From positions 60,017,629 through 60,059,654 of the forward strand of contig NC_068984.1 in assembly GCF_001194135.2 (NCBI RefSeq): a DNA stretch of 42,026 nt, read 5' to 3'. The translations under genes and the position numbers were made by a program. The notes below the pieces were generated by a model. That model did no database searches, was not told where the DNA came from, and saw only the letters and a list, made by a program, of their open reading frames with translations. The DNA comes from Octopus bimaculoides (Eukaryota). Numbering within the stretch: position 1 is the stretch's first letter; each line of letters opens with the position of its first letter. Shown piece by piece: positions 1-11,785 of the stretch.

Positions 1-480
1 GTGGTGGTGGTGGTGGTGGTGGTGATGGTGGTATTAGTGATGGTAGTGTTGGTGATGATGGTGGTGGTGGTGATGGTAGTGTTGGTGATGTAGTTGGAGG
101 TAGTGTTGATGGTAGTGATGGTGATGGTGTTAGAGGTGGTACCGGTGGTGTTAGTGATGGATGTGGTGGTGGTGGTGGTGCCGGCAGTGATGCTAGTTTT
201 GGTGGTGGTTGTAGTGATGGTGATGGTGGCAGTAATGGTAGTGTTGGTGGCAGTGGTGGTGGTGATGTTGGTGCTGGTCTTTGTAGTCCTTAGTACTGTT
301 GATGGTAGAGGTGGTGTTCATAATGGTGGTGGTACTGGTGAAGGTGGAAGAGAGGGCTTGTTGTTAGTTTTAGTTGTTAGTGCTGTTCGTAGTAGTAGTA
401 GTAGTAGTAGTAGTACCAGTTGTAGTGGTAGTAGTAGCCATAGTTGTGATGATGATGGTGGTGGTGGTGTTAGTAGTTGT
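1..480. repeat. Degenerate (GGT/GAT/AGT)n trinucleotide low-complexity tract
   Basis: Interleaved GGT, GAT and AGT triplets; explains the poly-Val and poly-Thr ORFs. Confidence 0.95.
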
Positions 481-871
481 GGGAGATAGAATCGAAGTTC
501 TATATTTATGTCGAAGATTTACTAGCTGTAGGTTAGGTGCAGTGACATACCACAACATAGCTCAGAAATCTATGCTTTCAAAACAAGAATTAAGTTAGTT
601 AATTCTAAGAATTGAATGCCTGTATATATGTGTATATATGTGTGTATATATATATATATGTGTGTTTGTGTGTGTGTGTGTATGCATGCACGTGTTTGTG
701 TGTGTGTTTATATGTATGGATAAAAATATATATTCATATATGCATGCATACACACACATATATGGATGTGTGTGTGAATACTTCAAAATGTGTAACATAT
801 TAATCAAGTCTACGTGCTTTTATGAAAACATGTATTGAGCACTTTAATGCACTGATAAGAAGTATATCTAT

Positions 872-908
<37 letters not shown>

Positions 909-1569
909 NNNNNNNNNNNNNNNNNNNNNNNNNNNNNNNNNNNNNNNNNNNNNNNNNNNNNNNNNNNNNNNNNNNNNNNNNNNNNNNNNNNNNNNNNNNN
1001 NNNNNNNNNNNNNNNNNNNNNNNNNNNNNNNNNNNNNNNNNNNNNNNNNNNNNNNNNNNNNNNNNNNNNNNNNNNNNNNNNNNNNNNNNNNNNNNNNNNN
1101 NNNNNNNNNNNNNNNNNNNNNNNNNNNNNNNNNNNNNNNNNNNNNNNNNNNNNNNNNNNNNNNNNNNNNNNNNNNNNNNNNNNNNNNNNNNNNNNNNNNN
1201 NNNNNNNNNNNNNNNNNNNNNNNNNNNNNNNNNNNNNNNNNNNNNNNNNNNNNNNNNNNNNNNNNNNNNNNNNNNNNNNNNNNNNNNNNNNNNNNNNNNN
1301 NNNNNNNNNNNNNNNNNNNNNNNNNNNNNNNNNNNNNNNNNNNNNNNNNNNNNNNNNNNNNNNNNNNNNNNNNNNNNNNNNNNNNNNNNNNNNNNNNNNN
1401 NNNNNNNNNNNNNNNNNNNNNNNNNNNNNNNNNNNNNNNNNNNNNNNNNNNNNNNNNNNNNNNNNNNNNNNNNNNNNNNNNNNNNNNNNNNNNNNNNNNN
1501 NNNNNNNNNNNNNNNNNNNNNNNNNNNNNNNNNNNNNNNNNNNNNNNNNNNNNNNNNNNNNNNNNNNNN

Positions 1570-1606
<37 letters not shown>

Positions 1607-1999
1607 GGAAGAGAGAGAGAGAGAGAGAGAGGGAAGGGGAAGAGAGACAGCGGTAGAGAGGAGGTTATTGGGTAAACAATAAAAATTTTAAAAAAGGCAG
1701 TAAAATGCATTTGAATATTTTAAATTTTGTTTAGGATTTATAGAAAAAGGGGGTATTTGTGAAAATACTCTAACATCTAATTCTTTAAGTCAGAGTCTGA
1801 TATGTCAGACATCTGGCAATTGTCTTGTCATTGTTTTTATTATTGTTGATTATTTTTATTGTTTTATTACTTTTGTTGTTACTGCTATGTGCACCTTCCC
1901 TTCACATGGTTCTGTGTTGTGCTATCAGGTCAATTAGTGACCTGTGGTCTTATCCTTGACAAGTGCTCTATGGCTCTTTTCATGAAATTTTTGAGAATA

Positions 2000-2172
2000 G
2001 ATGCAAGTAACATAATAGCTGTGTGGTAAGAATCTTGCATCTCAACCTCATGGTTTCAGGTTCAGTACCACTATGTGAAATCTTTGGCAGGTGTTTTCTA
2101 CTACAGCCTCAGGCTGACTTAAGCCTTGTGAGTTCATGTGGTAGATGGAAACTGAAAGAGTCCCATTGTATC
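2000..2172 (+). mobile_element. tRNA-headed SINE (family A), 5' part
   Basis: gctgtgtggtaagaatcttgc...ggttcagtaccact...gccttgtgag...gtagatggaaactgaaaga matches the many other family A copies in the window. Confidence 0.8.
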
Positions 2173-2360
2173 TATCTATCTATCCATCTATCCATCCCTC
2201 CCTCCCTCCTACTCTCCTTCCCTTCCTCCTTCCCAGTGATGCTTGAAACCAATCAAAGAAGTTTAGAATTAGTTTGATGAGAAATGCTATACTGATGAGG
2301 GTTCTGCAATTTCTTGCTGAACATCCAGCACAGATGATTTGCTTATAGTGATCAAATGCT

Positions 2361-2391
<31 letters not shown>

Positions 2392-2495
2392 ACGTGCATG
2401 TGTGTGTGTATGCATGTGCATCTATATGTGTATGTAAGTATGTATGCATTTATCTATCTATCTATCTATACACACACACACATATTATATAATAT

Positions 2496-2645
2496 TTGTT
2501 AACAAACCAGAAGACAAAAGCTGAAGACAAGTGAGGGAACAACAAACTGGTGTATTAGTTTGATGCTTGGGAAGAATGGAAATGTCTTTGATGTTGCCAG
2601 CCTATGATAGAAAGGGTTGAGAAAGAAAAAAATAGAGAGAACTTA
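2496..2645 (-). mobile_element. Decayed copy of a Penelope-like terminal-repeat family (also at 14357 and 41930)
   Basis: aaaagctgaagacaag...gaacaacaa...gtgtattagtttgatgct is shared with 41950-42005. The stretch attagtttgatgcttgggaag parallels attattggacgctcaggaaag at 14419. Confidence 0.5.
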
Positions 2646-2750
2646 AAAAATCAGAAAGAGGTAAAAAAAAAATGCATGGCGATTAACAATCCAACACACA
2701 CACACACACGCATGCGCGTGTGTGTGTGTGCATATGTGAGTATGTGCATC

Positions 2751-2970
2751 TTTGTGTTAGTCTCCCACTACTGCTCAATGACTGATGATGATTTGTCTGT
2801 CACTGTAACTTAGCACTTTGGCATAAGAGATTGATAGAATAAAGGTCAGGCTTAAAAAAGAAAGAAGAAAAATAAGTATTGCGTTTGATTTGTTCACTTA
2901 AAAACCCTTCAAAGTTGTTCCCCAGCATGGCCAAAGCCCAGTGACTGAAACAACTAAAAGACTAAAGATA
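2751..2970 (+). mobile_element. SINE family A, 3' part
   Basis: gtaacttagc...gatagaataa...ccagcatggcc...tgactgaaacaa, as in the 3' half of the full copies. Confidence 0.7.
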
Positions 2971-3056
<86 letters not shown>

Positions 3057-3329
3057 ATACATACATACATATATGTCTATACATATAGACATTAACACAG
3101 ACACTTCAAAAATAGACTGCATAAGTTTTGAAATATTTATTTCCAGAAACAAAATCATGTCATTTGATGCATTTAAATACTTCGTCTAGTATTTAGTAGG
3201 CATGCTTTGTGCAGTTTTTCATCATTTAACCTACTTGGATATCATACTAATGAGTTGTGTCCATACATATAAAGTGGTATAATGAAGAGTGTCTAATTAG
3301 TTTTGAGAGGTTTGTGTATGTGTGTGTGT

Positions 3330-3555
3330 GTATGGTAAGAAGCTGGCTTTCCAATCACTTGGTTCTGAGTTCACTCCCACTGCATGGCACATTAGGCAAG
3401 TGATTTCTACTATAGTTTTGGGTCAACCAAAGCCTTGTGAGTGGATTTGGTAGTTGGAAACTGAAAAAAAGCCTGTTGTTTATATATATATATATATATA
3501 TATATGTGTTTCCATGTGTGCGTGTTTTTGTGTCTGTGTTTGCCCCCCCCCCCCC
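3330..3555 (+). mobile_element. SINE family A, 5' half with internal (TA)n
   Basis: ggtaagaagct...ggttctgagttcactcccactgcatggcac...ccaaagccttgtgagtggatttggtag; runs into a gap. Confidence 0.85.
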
Positions 3556-3752
3556 NNNNNNNNNNNNNNNNNNNNNNNNNNNNNNNNNNNNNNNNNNNNN
3601 NNNNNNNNNNNNNNNNNNNNNNNNNNNNNNNNNNNNNNNNNNNNNNNNNNNNNNNNNNNNNNNNNNNNNNNNNNNNNNNNNNNNNNNNNNNNNNNNNNNN
3701 NNNNNNNNNNNNNNNNNNNNNNNNNNNNNNNNNNNNNNNNNNNNNNNNNNNN

Positions 3753-3801
<49 letters not shown>

Positions 3802-4501
3802 CATACATTCATACACGCATGTGGATGTATATACACACACATACTTATGTATGTTGTATATATATGTGTATACACATGTACTTATTTATTGTTCATAATC
3901 TATTTGACTTCATGTTGCACTAAAGATTAAAAAAATGAATAACTGTAGCACTTTGCATGGAAAGTTTAATAAAAACTCTATTTTAACATTAAAAATGTAG
4001 GAAAAAAAAAAAAAATGATAGAAAACTATTGCTTACCTTGTTTTATTAATCTGGCTTTTGTATCACAAAATCATGAATAGCATATTTTTCAATAGCTCAA
4101 GTATTAATATAGAGTTTTGAAGACTTAAAATTTTATTTTCAAAAAGTCACTGTGCACCTAGATACCCCATGCAGTGCATCATTTGAAAGCAACTGGTGCA
4201 TGCACACACATACACACACATATATGCACATACACACACACACATATATATATATATATACAGAAAGAGAAAGTAAAACAAAATAGAGTTCATAAAAATA
4301 TTTAGTTACATTATTATAAATATTTTATGAATAACTCCTCCTATTTTGTTTTGCTTTCTATATGTACTCTGTGATCTGTCCGACTATAGTGTCTCACCAG
4401 ATGATACTTGAACTGTAATATGAGTCCTCCTTGGGTACATAAGAATATACTTAGAGTTCAAAATACAGTTTTTTTGTTATGCAGTTTTAACTTAAACTGC
4501 A

Positions 4502-4550
<49 letters not shown>

Positions 4551-4571
4551 CATATATAGATATATGTATAT

Positions 4572-5126
4572 GGTGAAGCATGATCTTCAAATGTTGGGCC
4601 TCACGGAGGCAATGACTAGTGGTCAAGACCTTTGGCAATATGCCCTGCTTTAAAAGACCTGTCAAGCCAAATGAAATCATAGCTGTGGTCATTGTTGGTG
4701 TCACGTAACTGGCACCTGTGCTGGTGACATGTATAAAGCATCTTTCAAACATTGGGCCTCACGGAGGCAATGTGGTTGATGCTGGTGTTGCATAACTAGC
4801 ACCCGTGCTGGTGGCACGTAAAGAGTACCTTTTGAACTCTGAGCCTCACGGAGGCAATGACAAATGATGTGCTTGAGAAGACCCATCAAGCCAAGTGAAA
4901 TCATAGGCATGGCAGATATTGGTGTCATGCCAACTGACGCCCGTGCAGGTGGTATATAAAAGCACCCATTACACTCTTGGAATGGCTGACATTAGGTTAG
5001 GCTTCCAGCTGTAGAAACCATGCCAAGTCAGACTAGAGTCTGGTGCAGCTTCTTAGCTTACCAGCCCCGGTCAAACCGTCCAACCCATGCCAGCATGGAC
5101 AACAGATGTTAAATGATGATGATGAT
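4572..5126 (+). mobile_element. Short retroposon family B with (GAT)n tail and three internal tandem modules
   Basis: The 3' end ccaacccatgccagcatgga...gttaaatgatgatgat is shared with about 10 copies. gcctcacggaggcaatg occurs at 4598, 4756 and 4843. Confidence 0.8.
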
Positions 5127-5129
5127 ATA

Positions 5130-5731
5130 TCTATATATATAAAAGAGAGGCTCTGTCCATTTGTTTGGTTGTTTGTCCAGCAAAATGAAACTAAATTGTT
5201 CAGAGGAAGCTATTATACTTTTTCTATATATATAAAATCAAGATTCTGTCTCTGTCTTTCTCTGGCAAAATGAAAGTACCTGGTTCAGGGGAAGCTATTA
5301 TGTTATTGCCTAATTTGTTTCAACAAAAATCATGCAATAGTACAACACTAATTGTGCACAAACTTATGAGGAACTGCATTCTCACTGGTTGTGGTAAAGA
5401 TGACACCATCTTTGTTCCATGCATACCAGTTATATCATCTAAAATTATAGAGAGATTCTGTCCATTTGTTTGTTTGTCTAGTAAAATGAAACTAAATGCA
5501 CAAACTTATGAGGAAAAATATTCTTACTGTGGTAAACGCGAGACCATCTTCATTCCTGCCATACCAGTTATACCATCTAATGTCCCATTCCAATTTAAGT
5601 GATTACAGTTTCCTATCTGTGTTTCTTTTGCTATGAGCATTGATAAAAGTCAGGGCCAAACACTAAAAGTTGCTGGATTGCAATTTGAACAACCATGCTT
5701 TTCACATGGCCAATTTTATGTAGGAGCATCA
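5130..5731 (+). mobile_element. Internally deleted Helitron: 5' termini fused to PIF1-like helicase C-terminal remnant
   Basis: Helitron-type 5' end a^TCTATATATATAAAA at 5130. Translation gives AIMLLPNL..SCNSTTL, ILTGCGK..IFVPCIPVI and IFIPAIPVIPSNVPFQFK*LQFPICVSFAMSIDKSQGQTLKVAGL...PCFSHGQFYVGAS, matching RepHel motifs (FAMTINKSQGQT, FSHGQLYVA). Confidence 0.92.
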
Positions 5732-5752
5732 TCACACACACACAATTATGTG

Positions 5753-6080
5753 CAAATGCATGGCTCAGTGGTTAGAGCATCAGGCTTACAATAATGAGGT
5801 TGTGAGATTGATTCCTAGACCAGGTTGTGTGTTAAGGAAGACACTTTATTTCATATTACTCCAGTTCACTCAACTGTAAAACTGAGCTGTGACTCCACTG
5901 GTACCAAGCTGTATTGACCTTTGTCTCTCCCTCAGACAACATCATTGGTGTGGAGAAGAGAGACCAGCATGCATGGGTGACTGCTGGTCTTCCACAAACA
6001 ACCTAACCTCGACTAGTGCCTTAGAGAAGAACTTTCTAGATGTAATTCCATGGTCATTCGTGAATGAAGGGAGTCTTTTT
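5753..6080 (+). mobile_element. tRNA-derived SINE (family C)
   Basis: A-box-like tggctcagtggttagagc, decayed B-box gattgattcc, followed by ttactccagttcactcaactgtaaa. It starts just after the Helitron helicase remnant ends. Confidence 0.7.
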
Positions 6081-6395
6081 ATATAAATCATAATACAAGA
6101 AGATGGAATGAAGAGGGCTTAATTCAAATCACTACAATTGTTTTTGTGCATTAATATCAGGTGGTAATTGCTGAGTGTTTCACATATTATACATAATATT
6201 GTATTAATATGATCCAACAGTAACTGTGTACCTGCATTTCTTCAGGTGAATGGGTTCAAGAACACTATGAATTCTGCAGATATTAATGGATTTCCACATG
6301 TATACCCAGTAAAAGGATGATAGCATATGGTAGCTGATTTCCATTGAGGAGCTTTGTAAAACATGCTGTAAGGTTATTACTTTATTACCTAGATG

Positions 6396-6418
<23 letters not shown>

Positions 6419-6426
<8 letters not shown>

Positions 6427-7877
6427 TGTCCCATAAAAGTGTGGGTTTTTTAATACTTTTACTTTTCAAAATTAAGGTGAACAAAATTTTTTTTAAAACT
6501 GAAATATACTCTCTTTCATTTTCTACAATGTCTTCTGTCTATCTGGTAGACTTGCAAGGCCCCTCTTCCAAAATTCACTTGTCTGTGACGAAAAATACTC
6601 CTCCAGTACTGTCTGACCTCATCTACAGAATTCCTATTTTTTCTGTCCAAATGGTTTGGAGACTGTGGAATAAATGATAATTAGATGGAGNNNNNNNNNN
6701 AACAAAATTTTTTTTAAAACTGAAATATACTCTCTTTCATTTTCTACAATGTCTTCTGTCTATCTGGTAGACTTGCAAGGCCCCTCTTCCAAAATTCACT
6801 TGTCTGTGACGAAAAATACTCCTCCAGTACTGTCTGACCTCATCTACAGAATTCCTATTTTTTCTGTCCAAATGGTTTGGAGACTGTGGAATAAATGATA
6901 ATTAGATGGAGCAATGTCCAGCGAATATGGTGGGTAGGGTATCATTTCCAATTCAAACTGCTTCAGTCTTTGGAATATTATCCTCGCTGTATGTGGCCGA
7001 GCATTATCCTGATGGAAGAACAGGTTTTGTCTTGAAACCAAAGATGGTCATTTTTCTTCTAACACTGACTTAAGCCACTCAAGCTGCTCACAGTAGATCT
7101 CTTTTGTTATTGTTTGGGTTTAAAAGTTCTAAGTGGATTAAACCTTTCATATCCTACCACACAGATAATGACACCTTACATGGGTGAAGACCTTCTCTAG
7201 CCTGGGGTGCTGGTGTTTCTCCTTTCTTTACTCACTGTCTTTGGCGCTTGACATTTTTATAGAGAACCCATTTCTCATCACCAGTCACTATTCGGTCCAA
7301 AAAAGGTTAATTTGTGAGACATAACAGCAACAAAGAGCATACATTCACTCTCTGTGCGCTATTAAACTCGAAAAGTTTATGAGGAACCCATTGACCCAAT
7401 TTGCTGACTTTTCCAATGGTACGCAGGTGTCAATGAATGGTTGAACGACCAAATCTAAGCTTCAACAGTTATGATGGGATTTTGTTCCAATAGGGTTTGC
7501 AAGACATCCTCACTGAGCTCTACAGATCTTCTAGGACGAGGCTTGTCTTCTAGGTTGTAGTTTCCAGCTTGGAATTTCTGGAACCACCGTTGACACTGGC
7601 TTATGCTTATTGTCTGATCCCCATATATTGCATTAATATTCCTTGCATGTTCTGTTGTGTTGTTGCCTTTATTGAACTCATAAATCAAAATATGCTGAAT
7701 ATTCTCCATTCACTTCCATTACAGCTTTGAAAAAATAACTGTTAAAATCGAACTGGATTCTTGGTAAAATTAGTACCTGCTTTTATAGCAAGTTGATGCA
7801 GGTAGTCTATGCCAACCCCACTCTGACTTTTAATTCATGCAATTGAAAAAACTGCATTATTTATGGGATGACCCAGT

Positions 7878-7878
<1 letters not shown>
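6419..7878 (-). mobile_element. Near full-length decayed mariner (DD34D-type) transposon
   Basis: Imperfect TIRs tatagggttgtcccataaa and cactgggtcatcccataaa, each flanked by TA. Minus strand encodes an HTH (ILIYEFNKGNNTTEHARNINAIYG..QRWFQKF), WVPHKL, IVTGDEKW, HQDNARPH and YSLDIAPSNYHLF, with stops and frameshifts. Confidence 0.95.
6480..6911. other. Probable assembly artefact: identical 211-bp duplication across a 10-N gap
   Basis: 6480-6690 is repeated at 6701-6911. Removing one copy gives a mariner of normal size (about 1.24 kb). Confidence 0.9.
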
Positions 7879-7919
<41 letters not shown>

Positions 7920-7952
7920 GTTTGTGTGTATATGTATATATGTGTGTATATA

Positions 7953-8165
7953 TTACTCTTTTTACTCTTTAACACATTGCAGTCATTTGACTGTGTCCAT
8001 GCTGGAGCACTGCCTTTAGTCAAAGAAATTGACCTCAGGACTTATGTTTTGTAGGCCTAGTACTTATTCTGTCTGTCTCTTTTGCTGAACCACTAAATTT
8101 TGGGGATATAAACACACCAACATCAGTTGTCAAGCAATGGAGCAGAGACAAACACAGACACAAAA

Positions 8166-8214
<49 letters not shown>

Positions 8215-8380
8215 CACAATGGGCTTCTTTCAGTTTCTGTATACTAAATCCACTCACAAAGCTTTGGTTGGCCTGAGGCTATAGTAGAAGACACTTACCC
8301 AAGGTGCCACTTAGTGGGACTGAACCCAGAACCATGTGGTTGGGAAGCAAGCTTCTTACCACACAGCCATGCCTGCACCT
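7953..8380 (-). mobile_element. Full-length SINE family A with central (CA)n(TA)n
   Basis: The minus strand reads aggtgcaggcatggctgtgtggtaagaagcttgc...ggttcagtcccact, then a microsatellite, then the 3' body and an (aagagtaa) tail. Confidence 0.9.
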
Positions 8381-8705
8381 ATATATATGTTTTTATAGAT
8401 ATTTTGCAAAGAACCTGCAGATGCAATTGCAACTGGTTAAAAGTTCTGTATACCAGATGGGAGCAAGCTTATAGGGTCATCAAAGGAGAATGTGTACTGT
8501 TTCAGGGCCTACACTCAATGAGATAAGGCCCCACTTGCTAGATTAAATGGTTACTAAGTTTCACTCAATATTCCTCTAGCCATTGCTCATCCAAATCCAG
8601 TGGTTTGCCTTCTCCACTGTAGTCTGGATATCACTCACGATGGTATTTGCTTTATGATGACTTAGGCCTAGCAACAACAACAGTCACCTCACACTGTGTC
8701 CAGTG

Positions 8706-9100
8706 AATCCTCTACATCTGACATCAATTGGAAAATGCTCTGAATATATATGTGTGTATGTGTGTGTGTGTGTGTGTGTATACTGCATTATGTGTGTATA
8801 GACAGACACACACACATATCTAGTAGACAGACATCCGTGAANNNNNNNNNNNNNNNNNNNNNNNNNNNNNNNNNNNNNNNNNNNNNNNNNNNNNNNNNNN
8901 NNNNNNNNNNNNNNNNNNNNNNNNNNNNNNNNNNNNNNNNNNNNNNNNNNNNNNNNNNNNNNNNAATCCTCTACATCTGACATCAATTGGAAAATGCTCT
9001 GAATATATATGTGTGTATGTGTGTGTGTGTGTGTGTGTATACTGCATTATGTGTGTATAGACAGACACACACACATATCTAGTAGACAGACATCCGTGAA
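8706..9100. other. Probable assembly artefact: 136-bp duplication flanking a gap
   Basis: 8706-8841 is repeated at 8965-9100 on the other side of the N run. Confidence 0.85.
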
Positions 9101-9317
9101 ATCAAGGCAGTACAATTTTATTTCATCTAAAGGAGTTATCTAATCACTGAGAGTGCACAATGATTCAACAGGTAGTTGGTACACTATCTACATTTCTATG
9201 AGAATTAAATAAACAAGAAGAATGGTGACTTCAAATATGCCATATAAAGAATATTCCATATTTTCTTTATGTTTGTATATTTGAAGTCCATTCTTCCCAA
9301 TCATACATATATATATG

Positions 9318-9348
<31 letters not shown>

Positions 9349-10409
9349 ATTCATATATATGTATATATATGTGTGTGTATATATATATATATATATTATA
9401 TTTATATAATGTGTACAAAGAATAAAGTTGATTGATGAATACACAGAGTGATAGGCATTGAGCATTGAGGAAATGAAAAAGAGAAAGTGGGTGAGAGAAA
9501 GGTGTATGAAGTCTGAGGAAGTATGGAAAGGTTGTACAGAAATGATATTCCAAAGGCAATATTACTAGTTAGATGTTTTAGATTTTGCAAGTTATATATT
9601 CAAACACTTCATTCCTCACTATACCACTTCAAATATACTGCTTCTTGAATATCTGTCTTCTTTTCTATTGATTTCTTGTGAAAATGGTGTTCTGTTTGTT
9701 AAAAGTTACTTGGCATGGTGATTTCTCTAGGGAAATCTTTATATGTCTAACTTATAGGTTGTTTAAAAAAAAAAAAGAAAATTTTTTTTTTTGTTCGATG
9801 GTTGGTTGGTTGCTGGTTGCAACCAAAACTTGGAGGAAGAAATGCTGTTACTGCCCATCTTGAATGTATGCTGGTTTGTCTTAAATCTTAATGTTTTTGA
9901 CCTGGCAATATGGGTGTCGCTAATTTTTACTGTAGCATTGAAGTTTATTATTGAAATTAAAAAAAAAAAAATTCAGAAAAAAATGAATAATATGAAAAAT
10001 ATGAAAAATATAAAAATGAAAAGACAAAAGCAAAGAAAAAAAAAACAAGAAAATAATAAATAAATAAAATGTAGCAAACAGTGAAGTAATGAAGTGCAAA
10101 TATCATTACAAAATGAATTTTCATTATAATTAAGAAGTAATTATTTTCAATTCTCACTAATTTACATTGAATAATTTGGAAACATTTGTTAATGACTTCT
10201 GTGTACAAGAACTGTTAAAATAACCGTGTTGCATTGCTTTCCATGTGTTTCTTCCTAATCATTTTCTCCATTCCATACTTGCACATGTGGAATGGATGTA
10301 ACTATGGATTGTTAAATTTGATTTGTTGTAGGGCTGCCATCTGTCAGATCAGTGGATTGATTTCTATTAACAGTTAAAGCACATTGTAATAATGAGTTAG
10401 TTCTGGCCT

Positions 10410-10935
10410 GCCCACTCCTCCTCCTCCACCACCACCAACTCCCATCCTCCTCCTCCACCATGTCACCACACCCTCCTCCTCCTCCACCATGTCTCCACAC
10501 CCTCCTCCTCCACCACCACCATCACCACCCCTCCTCCTCNNNNNNNNNNNNNNNNNNNNNNNNNNNNNNNNNNNNNNNNNNNNNNNNNNNNNNNNNNNNN
10601 NNNNNNNNNNNNNNNNNNNNNNNNNNNNNNNNNNNNNNNNNNNNNNNNNNNNNNNNNNNNNNNNNNNNNNNNNNNNNNNNNNNNNNNNNNNNNNNNNNNN
10701 NNNNNNNNNNNNNNNNNNNNNNNNNNNNNNNNNNNNNNNNNNNNNNNNNNNNNNNNNNNNNNNNNNNNNNNNNNNNNNNNNNNNNNNNNNNNNNNNNNNN
10801 NNNNNNNNNNNNNNNNNNNNNNNNNNNNNNNNNNNNNNNNNNNNNNNNNNNNNNNNNCCAACATGTCTCTACACCTCCCCCTCCCCCTAGTCTCCACCCC
10901 TCCTCCTCTGCACTGCAGTTACCACCACCACCATT
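10410..10935. repeat. (CCT/CCA)n low-complexity tract with gap
   Basis: Poly-Pro/His ORFs come from this repeat. Confidence 0.9.
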
Positions 10936-11229
10936 GTTGCTTTATATATGCTTTCCATGCTGGGTTGTCACACTTCCAACTTTTGGTTCTTATTCAGAGT
11001 CACTGCACTCCTCAAAGAGTCAGACAACCATGTCTCAATCATATGTTTCATTTATGACTTTGATTCTATGGTTGGATGCTCATCCTATCACCAACAACTT
11101 TATAAAGCATACTGGTTGCATTTTATTGTAGCACCAGCACTAAGAGGTTGCCATGTCCCTTGGCAAGAGAAGAAAACTTACAGTTTCTCTTGACTATGTT
11201 TTCTCCACTCATTTGCCAAAAACTTTACA

Positions 11230-11560
11230 GAATGTTCTGTATACATAGAATCTTGGCACTGGCATTACTAGTTATAAATGGATACCGTGTGATAAGCTAG
11301 ATAATCCTTTTACTGGGATTATTCATTAATCTGTTGAGCCAGAACTGATCACAATCTTTTAAAGTTTTGTGGATGTTGGATAAAATTTGTCTTATTTTGG
11401 ACAATGGTCCATTGTGGGTTGGTTTTCCTTAATCCCTTTGTTACCATATTTATGTGGAAATGCATTGCCATTGTTCCAGTTAATTTTGAAATTAATGAAG
11501 AATTTAGAAAAATAACTAGCATTATTAAGCTGATGTTTGCAACTTAAATTAACAAATTTC
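11230..11560 (-). mobile_element. Possible highly decayed Penelope-like GIY-YIG endonuclease remnant
   Basis: Frameshifted minus-strand pieces CIST*IW*QRD*GK and NPQWTIVQNK loosely resemble LSKYIWKLKD.G....W.I+.K. Weak. Confidence 0.25.
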
Positions 11561-11785
11561 CATGATAGGTTTTTAATCCAGAACATTTTAAAACAGGAAG
11601 TATGTATCATAGAATCAAAGTTGGTATCAAAATCGTTAAAGTAGTATTAGCACTGCAAGCCAATGAAACATAAGTTATTTTCATGGTACTGTTACTGCTG
11701 CCAACAATGGTAAATTGTACCATCTGCTGTACTTACTTACAGCTTGGTAGACTCAGTTACTGAGGACTAAGTATCATAACTGGGA

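Noticed and set aside
94-838. Poly-Val/Thr and VCVC/HTHT/IYIY ORFs here and throughout the window
   Set aside because: They are translations of microsatellites.
2292-2335. CTGATGAG hammerhead-like start
   Set aside because: No stem II and no GAAA...UH.
6246-6320. Acceptor-like ttcttcAG followed by short frames; similar minus-strand acceptor near 36436
   Set aside because: All frames stop soon, no homology is recognised and there are no partner exons.
6480-9100. Exact local duplications at 6480/6701 and 8706/8965 as biological tandem repeats
   Set aside because: They are identical copies flanking N gaps, typical of unmerged contig overlaps.
10267-10296. tccattcca/tggaatgga hairpin containing the miR-1 seed UGGAAUG
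   Set aside because: The stem is only 9-11 bp and the sequence after the seed does not match miR-1.
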